From Bdellovibrionales bacterium (GTDB lineage Bacteria; Bdellovibrionota; Bdellovibrionia; Bdellovibrionales; JAUICD01), in contig OZ241865.1 of NCBI GenBank assembly GCA_965203275.1, forward strand, positions 2,176,001 through 2,240,000: DNA of 64,000 bases, written 5' to 3'. The notes under the pieces were generated by a model. It ran no database searches. It saw nothing but the letters and a program-made list of their open reading frames with translations, and was not told where the DNA came from. Both the position numbers and the translations under genes were made by a program. This document shows positions 1 to 10,023 of the stretch, piece by piece (the stretch's first letter is position 1; every line of letters begins with the position of its first letter).

Positions 1-2423
1 TTTGTATTTTGATAATATTTTTTTAGTAGACTATTTTCCCCTTTAAGAGAATATTCACCGTAGAGATAATAGATAAATAAATGTTGGCCAAAAACTTCAG
101 CAAGGTCTTCACTATTTATTGACTTCATTACAAATCGGTTTAAATTTTTTAAGGCAAAAATAAAATCCTTATGGAAAATTTCAAATATCTTTTTGGATAT
201 TTTATGTCGACGTAGCAAGCTAGCAAATGCAACTAACCACTTGTTAAACTCATTTTGTGGGAAAAGTTTTAAGTGATTATCAATAGTCCATTTTTTATCT
301 GTATTGTAAATGATTCCATAATGAAATCCTAAAATAGTATATTCTGGCAATGTAAGTGGATATTGAGCTTTAGGGCTAAAACGTTGATCTAAAATAGCAG
401 TCACTCTTGAAACATCTGCTTTAGGATTGTCTGTTTTTAACCGGCAACCGAAATTAATTAGATGTTTTAAAGCAAGACTTCTTGTATTATTAAAAGCCTC
501 AAAGAGATAATCTGCTTTTGATGAATATTCTAATGGTTGAAATTTACTATTATGAGGAGCTTTATCAGTTTGATTATTTTGATCTAATCCTTGATCAAAT
601 TGAGTACATAATATATCTAAAAGATCAAATACCCTATCAGTATCTTCTTGCTTATTATTTGTTTTTTCGATATACACTTCAATAAAGTCACTTACTGCTC
701 TTTTTGAACTTTGCCAGTTGGGATTGTCTTTTGATTTTTCATAAGACCATCCATTTTGCTTATTATTTATTTGATCTGACTGAGAGAGAACCCACTTTAA
801 AAAAGCAACCCATTTTTCATTTAATAGAGTATCAAAATCTTTTTCAATTATTTTTTGTTTAATTTCGATGATCATTTTGATATAGATAGGCCGTTTGATT
901 TTATGGTAGTTTTCAAGCCAAAATTCAAGTCTTCTGGGATTTTTAAGAATATAATTTTCAAAAACATCTTGAAAATTTTTAGCTAACCCCTCAATATTTA
1001 TTATTTTTATACCTTTATCCAAGTCGATACTCTCATCTTCCCAATTATTGATATAATCGAGTAACTTTTGATCTGTCATTTCAGTGAGGTCTTGTTCTAA
1101 CTTTGGACTGCGATCATCTATAACACCCATTTGAAAACGAAATGGTTTATAATCTTCATCAGAAATTTTCTGCTCACTGTTAGATTCTAATTTTTGAAAA
1201 TACTTTAAATATTTATCAAAAAGAACGACCTTAAAAGGTTGTAACCGCTTTCTATGGAAATCAGATTGATATTCCTTAAAAATATTTTCAGTAAATTTTT
1301 TGCCACACCATTGTTTATAATTTTCTTTTGAAGGACCACTTAAAATTTGCTCAAAAATTTGCTGAAGTTTTTCTTTTGTCAGTAGTTCCTTACCAAAATG
1401 TTCACAAGCTTTTTTGATCATCTTTTGCATTTCATAGCCATATCGAAATTGAGAATAATCTTTATATTTTAAAATTTCTTCTTGTATCCAAGGTTTTGTT
1501 TGTTCATTAGGATGTAAAGCATATAAATGTTGTCTGATTCTTTCAAATACCTTCCAATTTTGCTTTTTTAAAATATTATCTAATTGTGCAATAGTCAATT
1601 GGGGCGATTTTTCATACACTATTTCACAAACAGAAGTAAGGGTGAGAACAAGTGCCTTATCGTACTGCACATTGCTATTGCGAGGGCAAGTTAAGTCTTC
1701 ACACCATATTTGAGAAGCATCCTCATTTTCACTAGCAATATCTTGATGAGTTTGAAATTGAATTATTTGATTTGTTGTTTCGATCAATATACAAGCTACT
1801 TGATATGGCTCTTGTTCTGCTAATGGTTCAATGCCTTTTTTCAATATTTCAAAAAAAATCCATGATGGGCAATCTAATATATGGCGAGATCTTAAATAGG
1901 TTGTGAATGATTCTTTTTTATCTTTTATTTTGTTATAACTTTCTCTTTTTTCTCTATCTTGAGGATCTGGTTTAAATTGAATCATTCGTTTTGCTAATTT
2001 TAATGCTGGGTTTATTTGATTTTCTTCTCTCCATAAAGTTAAAAGTTTAAGCATGAATATATCTTGATTTTTCATATTTTTACAAAATTCTAATATTTTT
2101 GGTAAAAGTTTTATAGATTGTTTTCCTGGCAGTTTTAATGCAATATTTAAAATACCACTATATATGGTAGGGTTATCTATCTTTGGAAAACTTAATATTA
2201 AATTAATGACATCTTCTGGTACTTCTGTAGATATATTTTTTAAATACGACATTTGAGGCCAAAATGGAGATTGAATATAGCTATTTGGTAAATCCTTAAC
2301 TTTAGGAGGTGATTTAAAATAATCCTTTTCAATCAAATATTTAAGCCAAAGAGGATTTTTAAGTCGGGAGAAAAAGTACTGGCGTTCAGTATCTTTTTTC
2401 AGGGATTCTAAAGCTTTATTCAT
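1..2423 (-). CDS. Large hypothetical protein (>800 aa, runs off window start); possibly the C-terminal part of a frameshifted gene with 2428-3099
   Basis: ATG at 2423 reads MNKALESLKKDTERQYFFSRLKNPLWLKYL...; the same frame reads ...LKGENSLLKKYYQNT at the window edge. Absent from the ORF track because it is truncated. Interior not checked codon by codon. Confidence 0.75.
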   Translation of the reverse strand, partial: MNKALESLKKDTERQYFFSRLKNPLWLKYLIEKDYFKSPPKVKDLPNSYIQSPFWPQMSYLKNISTEVPEDVINLILSFPKIDNPTIYSGILNIALKLPGKQSIKLLPKILEFCKNMKNQDIFMLKLLTLWREENQINPALKLAKRMIQFKPDPQDREKRESYNKIKDKKESFTTYLRSRHILDCPSWIFFEILKKGIEPLAEQEPYQVACILIETTNQIIQFQTHQDIASENEDASQIWCEDLTCPRNSNVQYDKALVLTLTSVCEIVYEKSPQLTIAQLDNILKKQNWKVFERIRQHLYALHPNEQTKPWIQEEILKYKDYSQFRYGYEMQKMIKKACEHFGKELLTKEKLQQIFEQILSGPSKENYKQWCGKKFTENIFKEYQSDFHRKRLQPFKVVLFDKYLKYFQKLESNSEQKISDEDYKPFRFQMGVIDDRSPKLEQDLTEMTDQKLLDYINNWEDESIDLDKGIKIINIEGLAKNFQDVFENYILKNPRRLEFWLENYHKIKRPIYIKMIIEIKQKIIEKDFDTLLNEKWVAFLKWVLSQSDQINNKQNGWSYEKSKDNPNWQSSKRAVSDFIEVYIEKTNNKQEDTDRVFDLLDILCTQFDQGLDQNNQTDKAPHNSKFQPLEYSSKADYLFEAFNNTRSLALKHLINFGCRLKTDNPKADVSRVTAILDQRFSPKAQYPLTLPEYTILGFHYGIIYNTDKKWTIDNHLKLFPQNEFNKWLVAFASLLRRHKISKKIFEIFHKDFIFALKNLNRFVMKSINSEDLAEVFGQHLFIYYLYGEYSLKGENSLLKKYYQNT

Positions 2424-2427
2424 TGTT

Positions 2428-3099
2428 TCAATTGTTGGTTGCTTCCAAGATTTCATTAATTTCCTCCATTTTTCTTTTATATTCACCATTTGCTGCAATA
2501 TATAAGAATTCATTAAGTATTTCAAAGTGTTTTTTAATTTCAAATGATACACTTTTATCAAAAGCTTTTTCTCTAAGATGCGTACGTTTCAAAAAATATT
2601 TCTTTGTCTTGTTCCATTCTTCAAGAAATTCTTTTGAAATATTCTTTTTATCTTTGTAATCTAAAAAAGTAGTAAAGAAAAGCTCATCAGATTCTTTACT
2701 TCTCGTACAGCCTTCTTTATGTTCCTCAACGAGCTTGTTTATTTTAATACAGAGATCAAAAGGAATAAGATGACCATCGGCTTCATTTTTTATTTTTTTA
2801 TCCTTATTAAGTAAATCATACTTTATTTTTTCTGATCTTTTTCCCCAATCATTTTTCCATTGCTTTTCTATCTTATCTAAATGGTTTTTATATTGAACTT
2901 GTTGTCTTTTAATACCTTTTACAGTTTGAGGAAGACTATTCATTAATTCTCTACCTGCATGAGCTACAAAATTGATATAACCAGGTCTTTCATTATTTAA
3001 GAGATCAACTGCTCCTTTATATATTTCTGCATATATTGGCAATTGAAGGCCATCTTGTAACCAATTAAAAATAGAATCTTCTTTCCCTTTTTCTTTCAT
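2428..3099 (-). CDS. Hypothetical protein, possibly HEPN-like helical domain
   Basis: 223-aa ORF with AHAGRELMN and YFLKRTH motifs; defence-island context. Family call is inference. Confidence 0.55.
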   Translation of the reverse strand: MKEKGKEDSIFNWLQDGLQLPIYAEIYKGAVDLLNNERPGYINFVAHAGRELMNSLPQTVKGIKRQQVQYKNHLDKIEKQWKNDWGKRSEKIKYDLLNKDKKIKNEADGHLIPFDLCIKINKLVEEHKEGCTRSKESDELFFTTFLDYKDKKNISKEFLEEWNKTKKYFLKRTHLREKAFDKSVSFEIKKHFEILNEFLYIAANGEYKRKMEEINEILEATNN

Positions 3100-3242
3100 A
3101 TTAGGGTAATCATATCATTACTAAATCTAAAAAGCATTAGTGGAGGTTCTTTAGAGGACACTTTATATCCTTTTTTAGGTTGTTGTTATTTTATTCCTTC
3201 GGTTGTTGGTTATGTGAGCATTCTTATAAGGATTTTGTGGAT

Positions 3243-3461
3243 TTAAATTGTAATATTTTTGTTTTTTAATTTAGCATTTACAATATCTTTAAAGAATTCA
3301 ATAGCAAATTGTAAAAATTGTACGTTAATAAGATGAATGACTTCAATGCGATAATCTTCACCCTTAAGTAGTTTTGTAATAATATTTTTAATAACCTGTG
3401 CTTTCATATTTACCTGTGCTTTCATATTTACTTGTGCTTTCATATTTACTTGTGCTTTCAT
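3243..3461 (-). pseudogene. Truncated CfrBI-family restriction endonuclease (N-terminus only)
   Basis: VIKNIITKLLKGEDYRIEVIHLINVQFLQFAIEFFKDIVNAKL resembles the CfrBI-family N-terminus; overlaps the MTase stop (ATGA) and ends after 72 aa. Confidence 0.7.
3390..3461 (-). repeat. 4 x 18-bp tandem repeat ATGAAAGCACARGTAAAT (MKAQVN)
   Basis: Directly visible; every unit starts with ATG. Confidence 0.95.
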
Positions 3462-4921
3462 GCTTTCTCTTGAAGTAATGTTTTAAAATCTTGGATATTT
3501 ATAAACTTTGTGCAAAGCTTATTTTGACTAAATAAGGAAGCATTTTGCTTGAGATTTTCTTTTATGCGATTGATATACTTTGCATCCTTCTCAGTTAAGA
3601 AAAAGTACCTATCTAAATCTACGGCTGAACGTCCTAAAGTGCCACTACCCGCAAAAGGATCAAAAATCAAATCTTCCACAAAAGAGTAATACTTAATAAT
3701 CCGATTGCATAATTCTAAGGGGAATACAGCACTATGCACTTTATCAAAAGTAGGATCAATATGCCAAACATTTGTGGTCTCATACCCATCTAAAACTTTA
3801 CTTCTATTAACTCTTTCTAAGTTGTATTGGTGCATATTCCAATCAATCAATTGATTGGTTTTTTTCCTATAAACCATTAGCATTTCTGAAATAGCATTGG
3901 GTTTATATCCTAAAGGTTTACGATGCTGTAGAAATCCTGCATTTCTGTTTTTGACACTTGCTTCTGGTTTAACCCATACAATATCATCAATAAACTCCCA
4001 ACCCATTTTAACTAACAAAGGATGAAGATCATAAGGAATAGGATACCTCTTACTTGCGTGGGCCCGGCTCATCCTAGGAATAATAATCGGTGAGGTGTTC
4101 AGGATAAAAAACCGACCTTCTTTAGTCACTCGATGTATGGCTTTAAAAGCTTCTTCTAAAAATTTTAAATATGCCTCATAACTTTGATAAATGGAATAAT
4201 CCCTAGCGTTGTAATAAGGTGGTGATGTAAAGGTCAGATGAATAGATTCGTCAGGCATGTATTTTAATACTTCTATAACATCACCTTGTACAACTGTGTT
4301 TTTAAGACAGTCTAAACATTGATCTTGTTTATTAGTATTTTTTAAATGATCTCTGCCGTTTATTTTTTGATGGATGACTTCTCTGATTAATTCATTAGGG
4401 TGACTAAGTAATTTTGAAAGTTGTTTTTTAACTTGGATATCTTTTGAAAAAACAAACAAGCCTCTCATAGCCTGCATAACAACTTTTGGATCTTGATCAG
4501 ATAACATTTGTATCAAAATAGGAATAGCTTTTTTATCTTTTAGCCTTCCAATGGCAGAAACAGATTCACGTCGCACTTGAGTATTTTGATCTTTTTTGGC
4601 AAAGTGAGCAAATGTATCTAATAAAGAAATATCACTCATCTTAGCAAGGTTTTTTATAACAAGGATTCTGATAGCTACATTGTGATGATTTAATAACTTG
4701 AGTAGTGGCTTCTTACTGTATTCACTCTTAAGTTGCTTAAGACGTTCTAAACCATAGATAATAGCATTCTTATTATTTTGGTTCTGTAAAAAAGCTAGAA
4801 GTGCTTTTTGGTTGTCTTTTAAACTGTCAATATGTTTTTCATACATTGTAGAAACTCTCTTATAATTTTCTATGTAAGATTTGTTAATGCCATAAAAATC
4901 AAACATGAGCAAAATGGCCAA
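3458..4921 (-). CDS. N4/N6 DNA methyltransferase with N-terminal HEAT repeats (M.CfrBI-like)
   Basis: TSPPY and DPFAGSGT motifs (beta class); HEAT-like repeats such as VRRESVSAIGRLKDKKAIPILIQMLSDQDPKV. True start may be a later ATG. Confidence 0.85.
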   Translation of the reverse strand: MAILLMFDFYGINKSYIENYKRVSTMYEKHIDSLKDNQKALLAFLQNQNNKNAIIYGLERLKQLKSEYSKKPLLKLLNHHNVAIRILVIKNLAKMSDISLLDTFAHFAKKDQNTQVRRESVSAIGRLKDKKAIPILIQMLSDQDPKVVMQAMRGLFVFSKDIQVKKQLSKLLSHPNELIREVIHQKINGRDHLKNTNKQDQCLDCLKNTVVQGDVIEVLKYMPDESIHLTFTSPPYYNARDYSIYQSYEAYLKFLEEAFKAIHRVTKEGRFFILNTSPIIIPRMSRAHASKRYPIPYDLHPLLVKMGWEFIDDIVWVKPEASVKNRNAGFLQHRKPLGYKPNAISEMLMVYRKKTNQLIDWNMHQYNLERVNRSKVLDGYETTNVWHIDPTFDKVHSAVFPLELCNRIIKYYSFVEDLIFDPFAGSGTLGRSAVDLDRYFFLTEKDAKYINRIKENLKQNASLFSQNKLCTKFINIQDFKTLLQEKA

Positions 4922-5040
4922 TAAGAGTCCTTATAATAAGTAACAAGTCAACAGAGGTCAAACAGCTTTTTCAGGATATATCTATTACTTAAGAGTTAAT
5001 TTCAAAATTTTTAACTATGAATATTCTCAATTCCTTTCCT

Positions 5041-6705
5041 TCAATAGAGCATTTTGTGGATTTGAAATGGCATTTGGCAAAACACAAGACCTTTCTGTGG
5101 TAGATCCTCTGGTGGGACAAAACAAGCCATTGCAAACACGTAAGCCTTTTTGCACTTTTCTACTTTCATCGTTTGCAATATTAAAGCCTCTCTTTTAGCA
5201 TGCAAGGCTGAAGCATCACTCCTTAAAAACTCCTTATCTGGTTGATACACTACAAAAATAGCAACGTCGTTTTTGGTCTTACCTACATAATAATCACCAC
5301 GCTTTTTAAATTTTTGAAGTGCCTCACCTGTTGCTGTGTAGAAAATATACGGAGCTAGCACGTTGTATGTAGGTAGAGACTTGCATTTTAAAAAGTTTTC
5401 TTCATTGAATTCTTGACCTAAGGTGCAGTAAGCAAATGAACCACCTAAGCCTTTTTTAAATCTGTCGTCTTTAGCTGTAGGGATACCTTTAATAACTCGT
5501 CGGATACGTTCAGCAGTGATGTTATTGGCATAGTCCTCGCATTCTATAAGGATAAATTTGCGATTCCCTCCATCTTCCTTGTTAAGGTCAAGGACTGCAT
5601 GGGCAGTCGTACCACTGCCTGCAAAAGAATCTAAAATAATATAATTATTATTATCTTTTTGCTGTTGTGATTTTATTAAAAATTTTATCAAATCACTTGG
5701 TTTTGGATGTGAAAATTTTTGATCTGAAAATATATTACCAAATTCTTCAGACCCTTTTTCATTATAGAACCTAGGGTCATCAATAAGATCATGTATAGCT
5801 TTTATTTTATCTCTTTCTTCTGGTAATACATAACGACGTAGTCCAAAATTTTTAGTAATATAAATTGTTTGGTTTATAATATCTTGATTAACTCTAAATT
5901 TTCCTTTAATTCTTACTTCTCGAAATACTTTATGATCTTTAATTTCAAGATCATCTAAAAGTAAAAACACCATTGATGAGACCTTGTACTCTCCTTTTTT
6001 ATAAAGTCCATCTTGACAGTTAGCATCTGCACCTTTTGGTATATTTCTTATACATAATGAATTATTAGCATTAAATACAGGACGAGTTTCTGCACTTAGC
6101 GAATGAACACCTAGTGGTGCTGAAAGCTCATTTTTGCAATATGCTATAATGTAATCACACATATCGGACATTTTCTTAGAAAGATGGGCTGTTTTTCTTG
6201 AAGCTCTTCTTTTCATAACTCCTACAAAATTTTCTTCTCCAAAAATTTCATCTAAAATCATCCTTAAACGATGCTGTTCATTATCGTCTATACTGATAAA
6301 AATCACACCATCTTCAGCAAGTAGCACTTTGAGTAACTCTAACCGAGGCCACATCATGCAAAGCCATTTATCATGCCTTTCCATATCATCTTTGTTGATG
6401 CCACTTTCTGTAAGCCATGTTTGTATCATAGGATTGTTGACGTTATCATTGTACTTCCAGTTTTCGTTCCCTGTGTTATAAGGTGGGTCAATATAAATGC
6501 ATTTGATCTTTCCTCCATAATGAGGGATAAGGGCTTTAAGAGCATGAAGGTTGTCTCCATGGATCATTAAATTGCCTTCTAAGGATGGCTTACTAGTTTG
6601 GCTTGCAACAAAAGATTTTTTAGCATTGATCTCAAGAGGATAAAAAGGCACTGTCAGATGATGGGTACGGACAATTGATTTGCCTTTAAAATTCAACACT
6701 GGCAT
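5041..6705 (-). CDS. Type III-like (Mod) adenine DNA methyltransferase
   Basis: IHGDNLHALKAL, IYIDPPYNTG, HPKPSDLI, ILDSFAGSGTTAHAVL. Start taken as ATG 6705 (MPVLNFKGK). Confidence 0.88.
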   Translation of the reverse strand: MPVLNFKGKSIVRTHHLTVPFYPLEINAKKSFVASQTSKPSLEGNLMIHGDNLHALKALIPHYGGKIKCIYIDPPYNTGNENWKYNDNVNNPMIQTWLTESGINKDDMERHDKWLCMMWPRLELLKVLLAEDGVIFISIDDNEQHRLRMILDEIFGEENFVGVMKRRASRKTAHLSKKMSDMCDYIIAYCKNELSAPLGVHSLSAETRPVFNANNSLCIRNIPKGADANCQDGLYKKGEYKVSSMVFLLLDDLEIKDHKVFREVRIKGKFRVNQDIINQTIYITKNFGLRRYVLPEERDKIKAIHDLIDDPRFYNEKGSEEFGNIFSDQKFSHPKPSDLIKFLIKSQQQKDNNNYIILDSFAGSGTTAHAVLDLNKEDGGNRKFILIECEDYANNITAERIRRVIKGIPTAKDDRFKKGLGGSFAYCTLGQEFNEENFLKCKSLPTYNVLAPYIFYTATGEALQKFKKRGDYYVGKTKNDVAIFVVYQPDKEFLRSDASALHAKREALILQTMKVEKCKKAYVFAMACFVPPEDLPQKGLVFCQMPFQIHKMLY

Positions 6706-6974
6706 AGCACGCCTCTTTTTTGCCACAATCTTACATTTTATAGCATCTTGGTCAACAGAAAAATATATAAAAAGCCAATAAATTTGTTGTCAAATGTGGC
6801 AAATAGTGATTATAATATGAGTATAGTAGTTAGTGGTTTGTATAAAAATAAAGGGATTGACAATAGATGTAAATACTGAGAAAGAAATTTCATTTTAAAA
6901 GGTATTTTTAAGTATCTTTAAAAACAAAACAGACCAAGTATTTTTACAAAATAAACCTAAAAAAAGAGGTTAAA

Positions 6975-8066
6975 ATGTTAAAAGATATAACTATTAAAAA
7001 TTACAAGCTTTTTAAATCTTTTTCTGTCAAAGATTTGCCTCGTATTTTACTGGTTGGAGGTAAGAACAATTGCGGAAAGACCAGCTTTTTAGAAGCTATA
7101 TTTTTTGTCTTTGATTCTCAAAATCCAGATATGTTTATAAAGTCTCTTGCATGGAGAGGGTTAAATACCATCCCTAATGATCCTCAATCCATCCTTGCAC
7201 CTTCCTTTCATAATTTTCTTTTAGATCAATTAATGACTTTTGATTACGTTCTTACTCCTTCACTTAAACGAAAGCTATCTTACAAGTTTATACCATCTCA
7301 TGGGCAGGTTTCTGCTCAATATAAAAATGGAAAAAGCACTATTGAAATACCTAAGCCTCAATCACCTCAAACAAATCAACCAACTCATTTAGGTTCAATA
7401 GAAATTTCCTATCATTTAGAAAAAAATACTATTAAAAATTTTTTAACTCTTGATCAAAAAGGAATGTCTATTGAAAGGAAAGCTCAAGCATTTCAGTACA
7501 ATCAAGAAATAAATGCAACTTTTATATCTTCTGTTGTTCCTATGCTACCTATTGTAAAAAGTCAAATATATGGTGAACTTGATAAAGTCAATAATACAGA
7601 AAAACTTTTAAAAGCACTGCAAATTATAGAGCCAAAATTAAAATCTTTAAGTGTGATCACAATAGCTGATCAACCAACTCTTCATGGTGATATTGGCATG
7701 GGTATAAAGATACCTCTGGCTCTTATGGGGCAGGGTATGGATCGCTTTTTATCTATTTTATTAAGTATTTCAGTTATTAAAAATGGCATTGTGTTAATTG
7801 ATGAGATTGAAAATGGATTTCATCACTCTGTTTTGCCATCTGTATGGAAAACTATAGCCACCCATGCAAAAGCTAACAATGTGCAAGTTATTGCCACTAC
7901 CCATAGTCGGGAAATGATTATGGAGGCTGCCGATGAGATACCAAAAGATATGATCGATGACTTTAGATACATGAGAATAGACAGAGATGGTGATCAATTT
8001 GATCCTAAAATTTACGATGCTGAAATGTTGGAATCAGCTTCAAGAATGCGTTTGGCTGTACGCTGA
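6975..8066 (+). CDS. AAA_15/AAA_21-type (ABC-like) ATPase
   Basis: Walker A GKNNCGKT, signature MGQG, Walker B/D-loop LIDEIENGFH, ATTHS. Confidence 0.88.
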   Translation: MLKDITIKNYKLFKSFSVKDLPRILLVGGKNNCGKTSFLEAIFFVFDSQNPDMFIKSLAWRGLNTIPNDPQSILAPSFHNFLLDQLMTFDYVLTPSLKRKLSYKFIPSHGQVSAQYKNGKSTIEIPKPQSPQTNQPTHLGSIEISYHLEKNTIKNFLTLDQKGMSIERKAQAFQYNQEINATFISSVVPMLPIVKSQIYGELDKVNNTEKLLKALQIIEPKLKSLSVITIADQPTLHGDIGMGIKIPLALMGQGMDRFLSILLSISVIKNGIVLIDEIENGFHHSVLPSVWKTIATHAKANNVQVIATTHSREMIMEAADEIPKDMIDDFRYMRIDRDGDQFDPKIYDAEMLESASRMRLAVR

Positions 8067-8077
8067 AATTTTTAAAA

Positions 8078-8704
8078 ATGACTCAAATCAATGAACCAAA
8101 ATTTATCATAAAAAAGCAAAAAATTCTTCTTGTAGAAGGTAAAGATGAAGTTCGATTTTTTGAAGCTCTTTTCAAAGCAAAAGACATTCAGAATGTTCAA
8201 ATTATAGATTGTGGTGGTATATACAAATTTAAAAAAGATTTTCCCACTTTAAAGAACACTTCTGAATTTAATAAAGTCACCTCATTGGCTATTATACAAG
8301 ATGCCAATAATGAAGGTCCTCAAAGGAGATTTGAGAGCATTTGCTCCACACTTAAAAAGTGCGATTTAAGCACTCCCACTCAAATAGGATCATTTACTTC
8401 AACAAACCCCAAAATAGGTGTGTTTATTTTACCAGATGGTAAAAACAAAGGTATGCTAGAAACCCTTTGTTTATCCATAGTGGAATCAAAAGATATTAAC
8501 AAGTGCATTGATGACTTTATGGATTGTATGGGTAAAAACTTAAAATCAAAGCCTCCTAAAAACTCAGATAAAGCCAAACTCCATGCTTATTTAGCAACAA
8601 TGGAAGAAGACACTCCTTCCTTAGGAGTAGCTACTCAAAAAGGTTATTGGAATCTTAATTCAGACAAGCTCAAACCTTTATTAGATTTTTTACAGAAGCT
8701 GTAG
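8078..8704 (+). CDS. DUF3226-like (TOPRIM-like) protein
   Basis: LLVEGKDE, IIQDA, GMLETLCL, KAKLHAYL; lies 11 bp after the ATPase. Confidence 0.75.
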   Translation: MTQINEPKFIIKKQKILLVEGKDEVRFFEALFKAKDIQNVQIIDCGGIYKFKKDFPTLKNTSEFNKVTSLAIIQDANNEGPQRRFESICSTLKKCDLSTPTQIGSFTSTNPKIGVFILPDGKNKGMLETLCLSIVESKDINKCIDDFMDCMGKNLKSKPPKNSDKAKLHAYLATMEEDTPSLGVATQKGYWNLNSDKLKPLLDFLQKL

Positions 8705-8750
8705 CAATAAGTATATTAGGTGCTTTTAGATGTTGTAGTAAAGAATTAAC

Positions 8751-8788
8751 TGGAGTTTATGGTAGTGTCTATTTTTTGTTTGAAACAT
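8751..8788 (-). pseudogene. Short relic of the hsdS-like 3' end (CFKQKIDTTINS)
   Basis: 33/38 identity by eye with 13746-13783. Confidence 0.6.
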
Positions 8789-8871
8789 AATAGACCTCAA
8801 TTATTTCTCTTTCTTTGAATACTTTTTAACACATAGCATAAGTGGGCTTGCCTGTTTTGATATGACAAAGA

Positions 8872-8940
8872 AATATTTTTTTGTAGTGATGAGCTTATAT
8901 TGTTGATAGTAGCTACTTCTTGCCTTAAAAATTTATTTTT
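8872..8940. repeat. ~70-bp direct copy of the sequence upstream of higB (11676-11745)
   Basis: ATATTTTTTTGTAGTGATGAGCTTATATTGTTGATAGTAGCTA...CCTTAAAAATTTATTTTT is present at both sites. Confidence 0.9.
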
Positions 8941-9082
8941 CTGTCTATCCTCTTGACTTTTTAGATTATTTAGGCGAAGATTATGAAAATACACGGGTCT
9001 CTGTTCCTTATTCCCTAATGAACTTCAAGACCCTTCTAGACCATTAAAAATTATTATTAAAATTTAAAGGAGGATATGTTTT

Positions 9083-9493
9083 ATGCGTGATTATCATATA
9101 TTTATTAGTCATTCTTGGAGCCATGAAGATCAATATGAAAAGCTTATTGAACTTTTAGAGGATGCTTTATATTTTTCATTTAAAGATTATTCTGTACCAA
9201 GAGACGACCCCATTCACGATGCACCTACAAGTCAAAAACTTTATGAAGCTATAAAAGGGCAAATGACTTCTGCTAGTGTAGTGTTAATTTTAGCTGGAGT
9301 TTATGCTTCCTATAGTAAGTGGATTAATAAAGAAATTGAGATTGCAAAAAATGAATTTGAAACTCCTAAGAAAATCTTAGCTATTAAGCCATGGGGCAGT
9401 CAGAGGACTTCTGAATTTGTTAGAAAGAATGCCGATCAGATTGTAGGATGGAACGGCAATAGTATAGCTGACGCTGTTAAGGAGTTAGCATGA
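9083..9493 (+). CDS. TIR-like domain protein (ThsB/MTH538 type)
   Basis: YHIFISHSWS, DYSVP.DDPIH, SKWINKEIEIA (catalytic Glu position), IVGWN; RBS AAGGAGG. Confidence 0.85.
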   Translation: MRDYHIFISHSWSHEDQYEKLIELLEDALYFSFKDYSVPRDDPIHDAPTSQKLYEAIKGQMTSASVVLILAGVYASYSKWINKEIEIAKNEFETPKKILAIKPWGSQRTSEFVRKNADQIVGWNGNSIADAVKELA

Positions 9494-9945
9494 ATGAAAC
9501 AAAAAAACATGATCCAAAAATTTTATTAGAACAATATAAGCTTTGCGTTGAAATGGCAGACAGAATCAGTCAAAGAAGACAATCGGCTAATAATTATTGT
9601 TTAAGTGTGAATACGTTTTTATTGTCTTTTTTAGCTTATTTGACTTCTATGGAAGTAAATATTGTTGTAATGATTGTTATTTCTGTGGTTGGTATTTTAC
9701 TTTCTATTCTTTGGTTTTCTTTAATTAAGTCTTATAAAAATCTTAATACTGGTAAGTTTAAGGTGATCATTGAGATGGAAAAGCTACTTGGTGATTATCA
9801 TCCTTACGATAGAGAGTGGGATTTATTAGGACGTGGTGAAGACTCAAAGCTTTATTCTTTATTAACTTACGTTGAATCTAACATACCTTTGCTCTTTGGA
9901 TTTCTCTATATCTTCTTTATTATTTTTAATATTTGTTGCTCTTAA
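9490..9945 (+). CDS. Small multi-TM membrane protein (RipA/octameric membrane protein-like), putative effector
   Basis: LEQYKLCVEMADRISQRRQSAN followed by about 3 hydrophobic helices; ATGA overlap with the TIR gene. Confidence 0.7.
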   Translation: MNETKKHDPKILLEQYKLCVEMADRISQRRQSANNYCLSVNTFLLSFLAYLTSMEVNIVVMIVISVVGILLSILWFSLIKSYKNLNTGKFKVIIEMEKLLGDYHPYDREWDLLGRGEDSKLYSLLTYVESNIPLLFGFLYIFFIIFNICCS

Positions 9946-10023
9946 TTTGATGGGTTGTAAATACATCAACATAATAATTTTGAGAAAATATAAAATGAAT
10001 TTTTCTATCCTTGTAGATGATCC

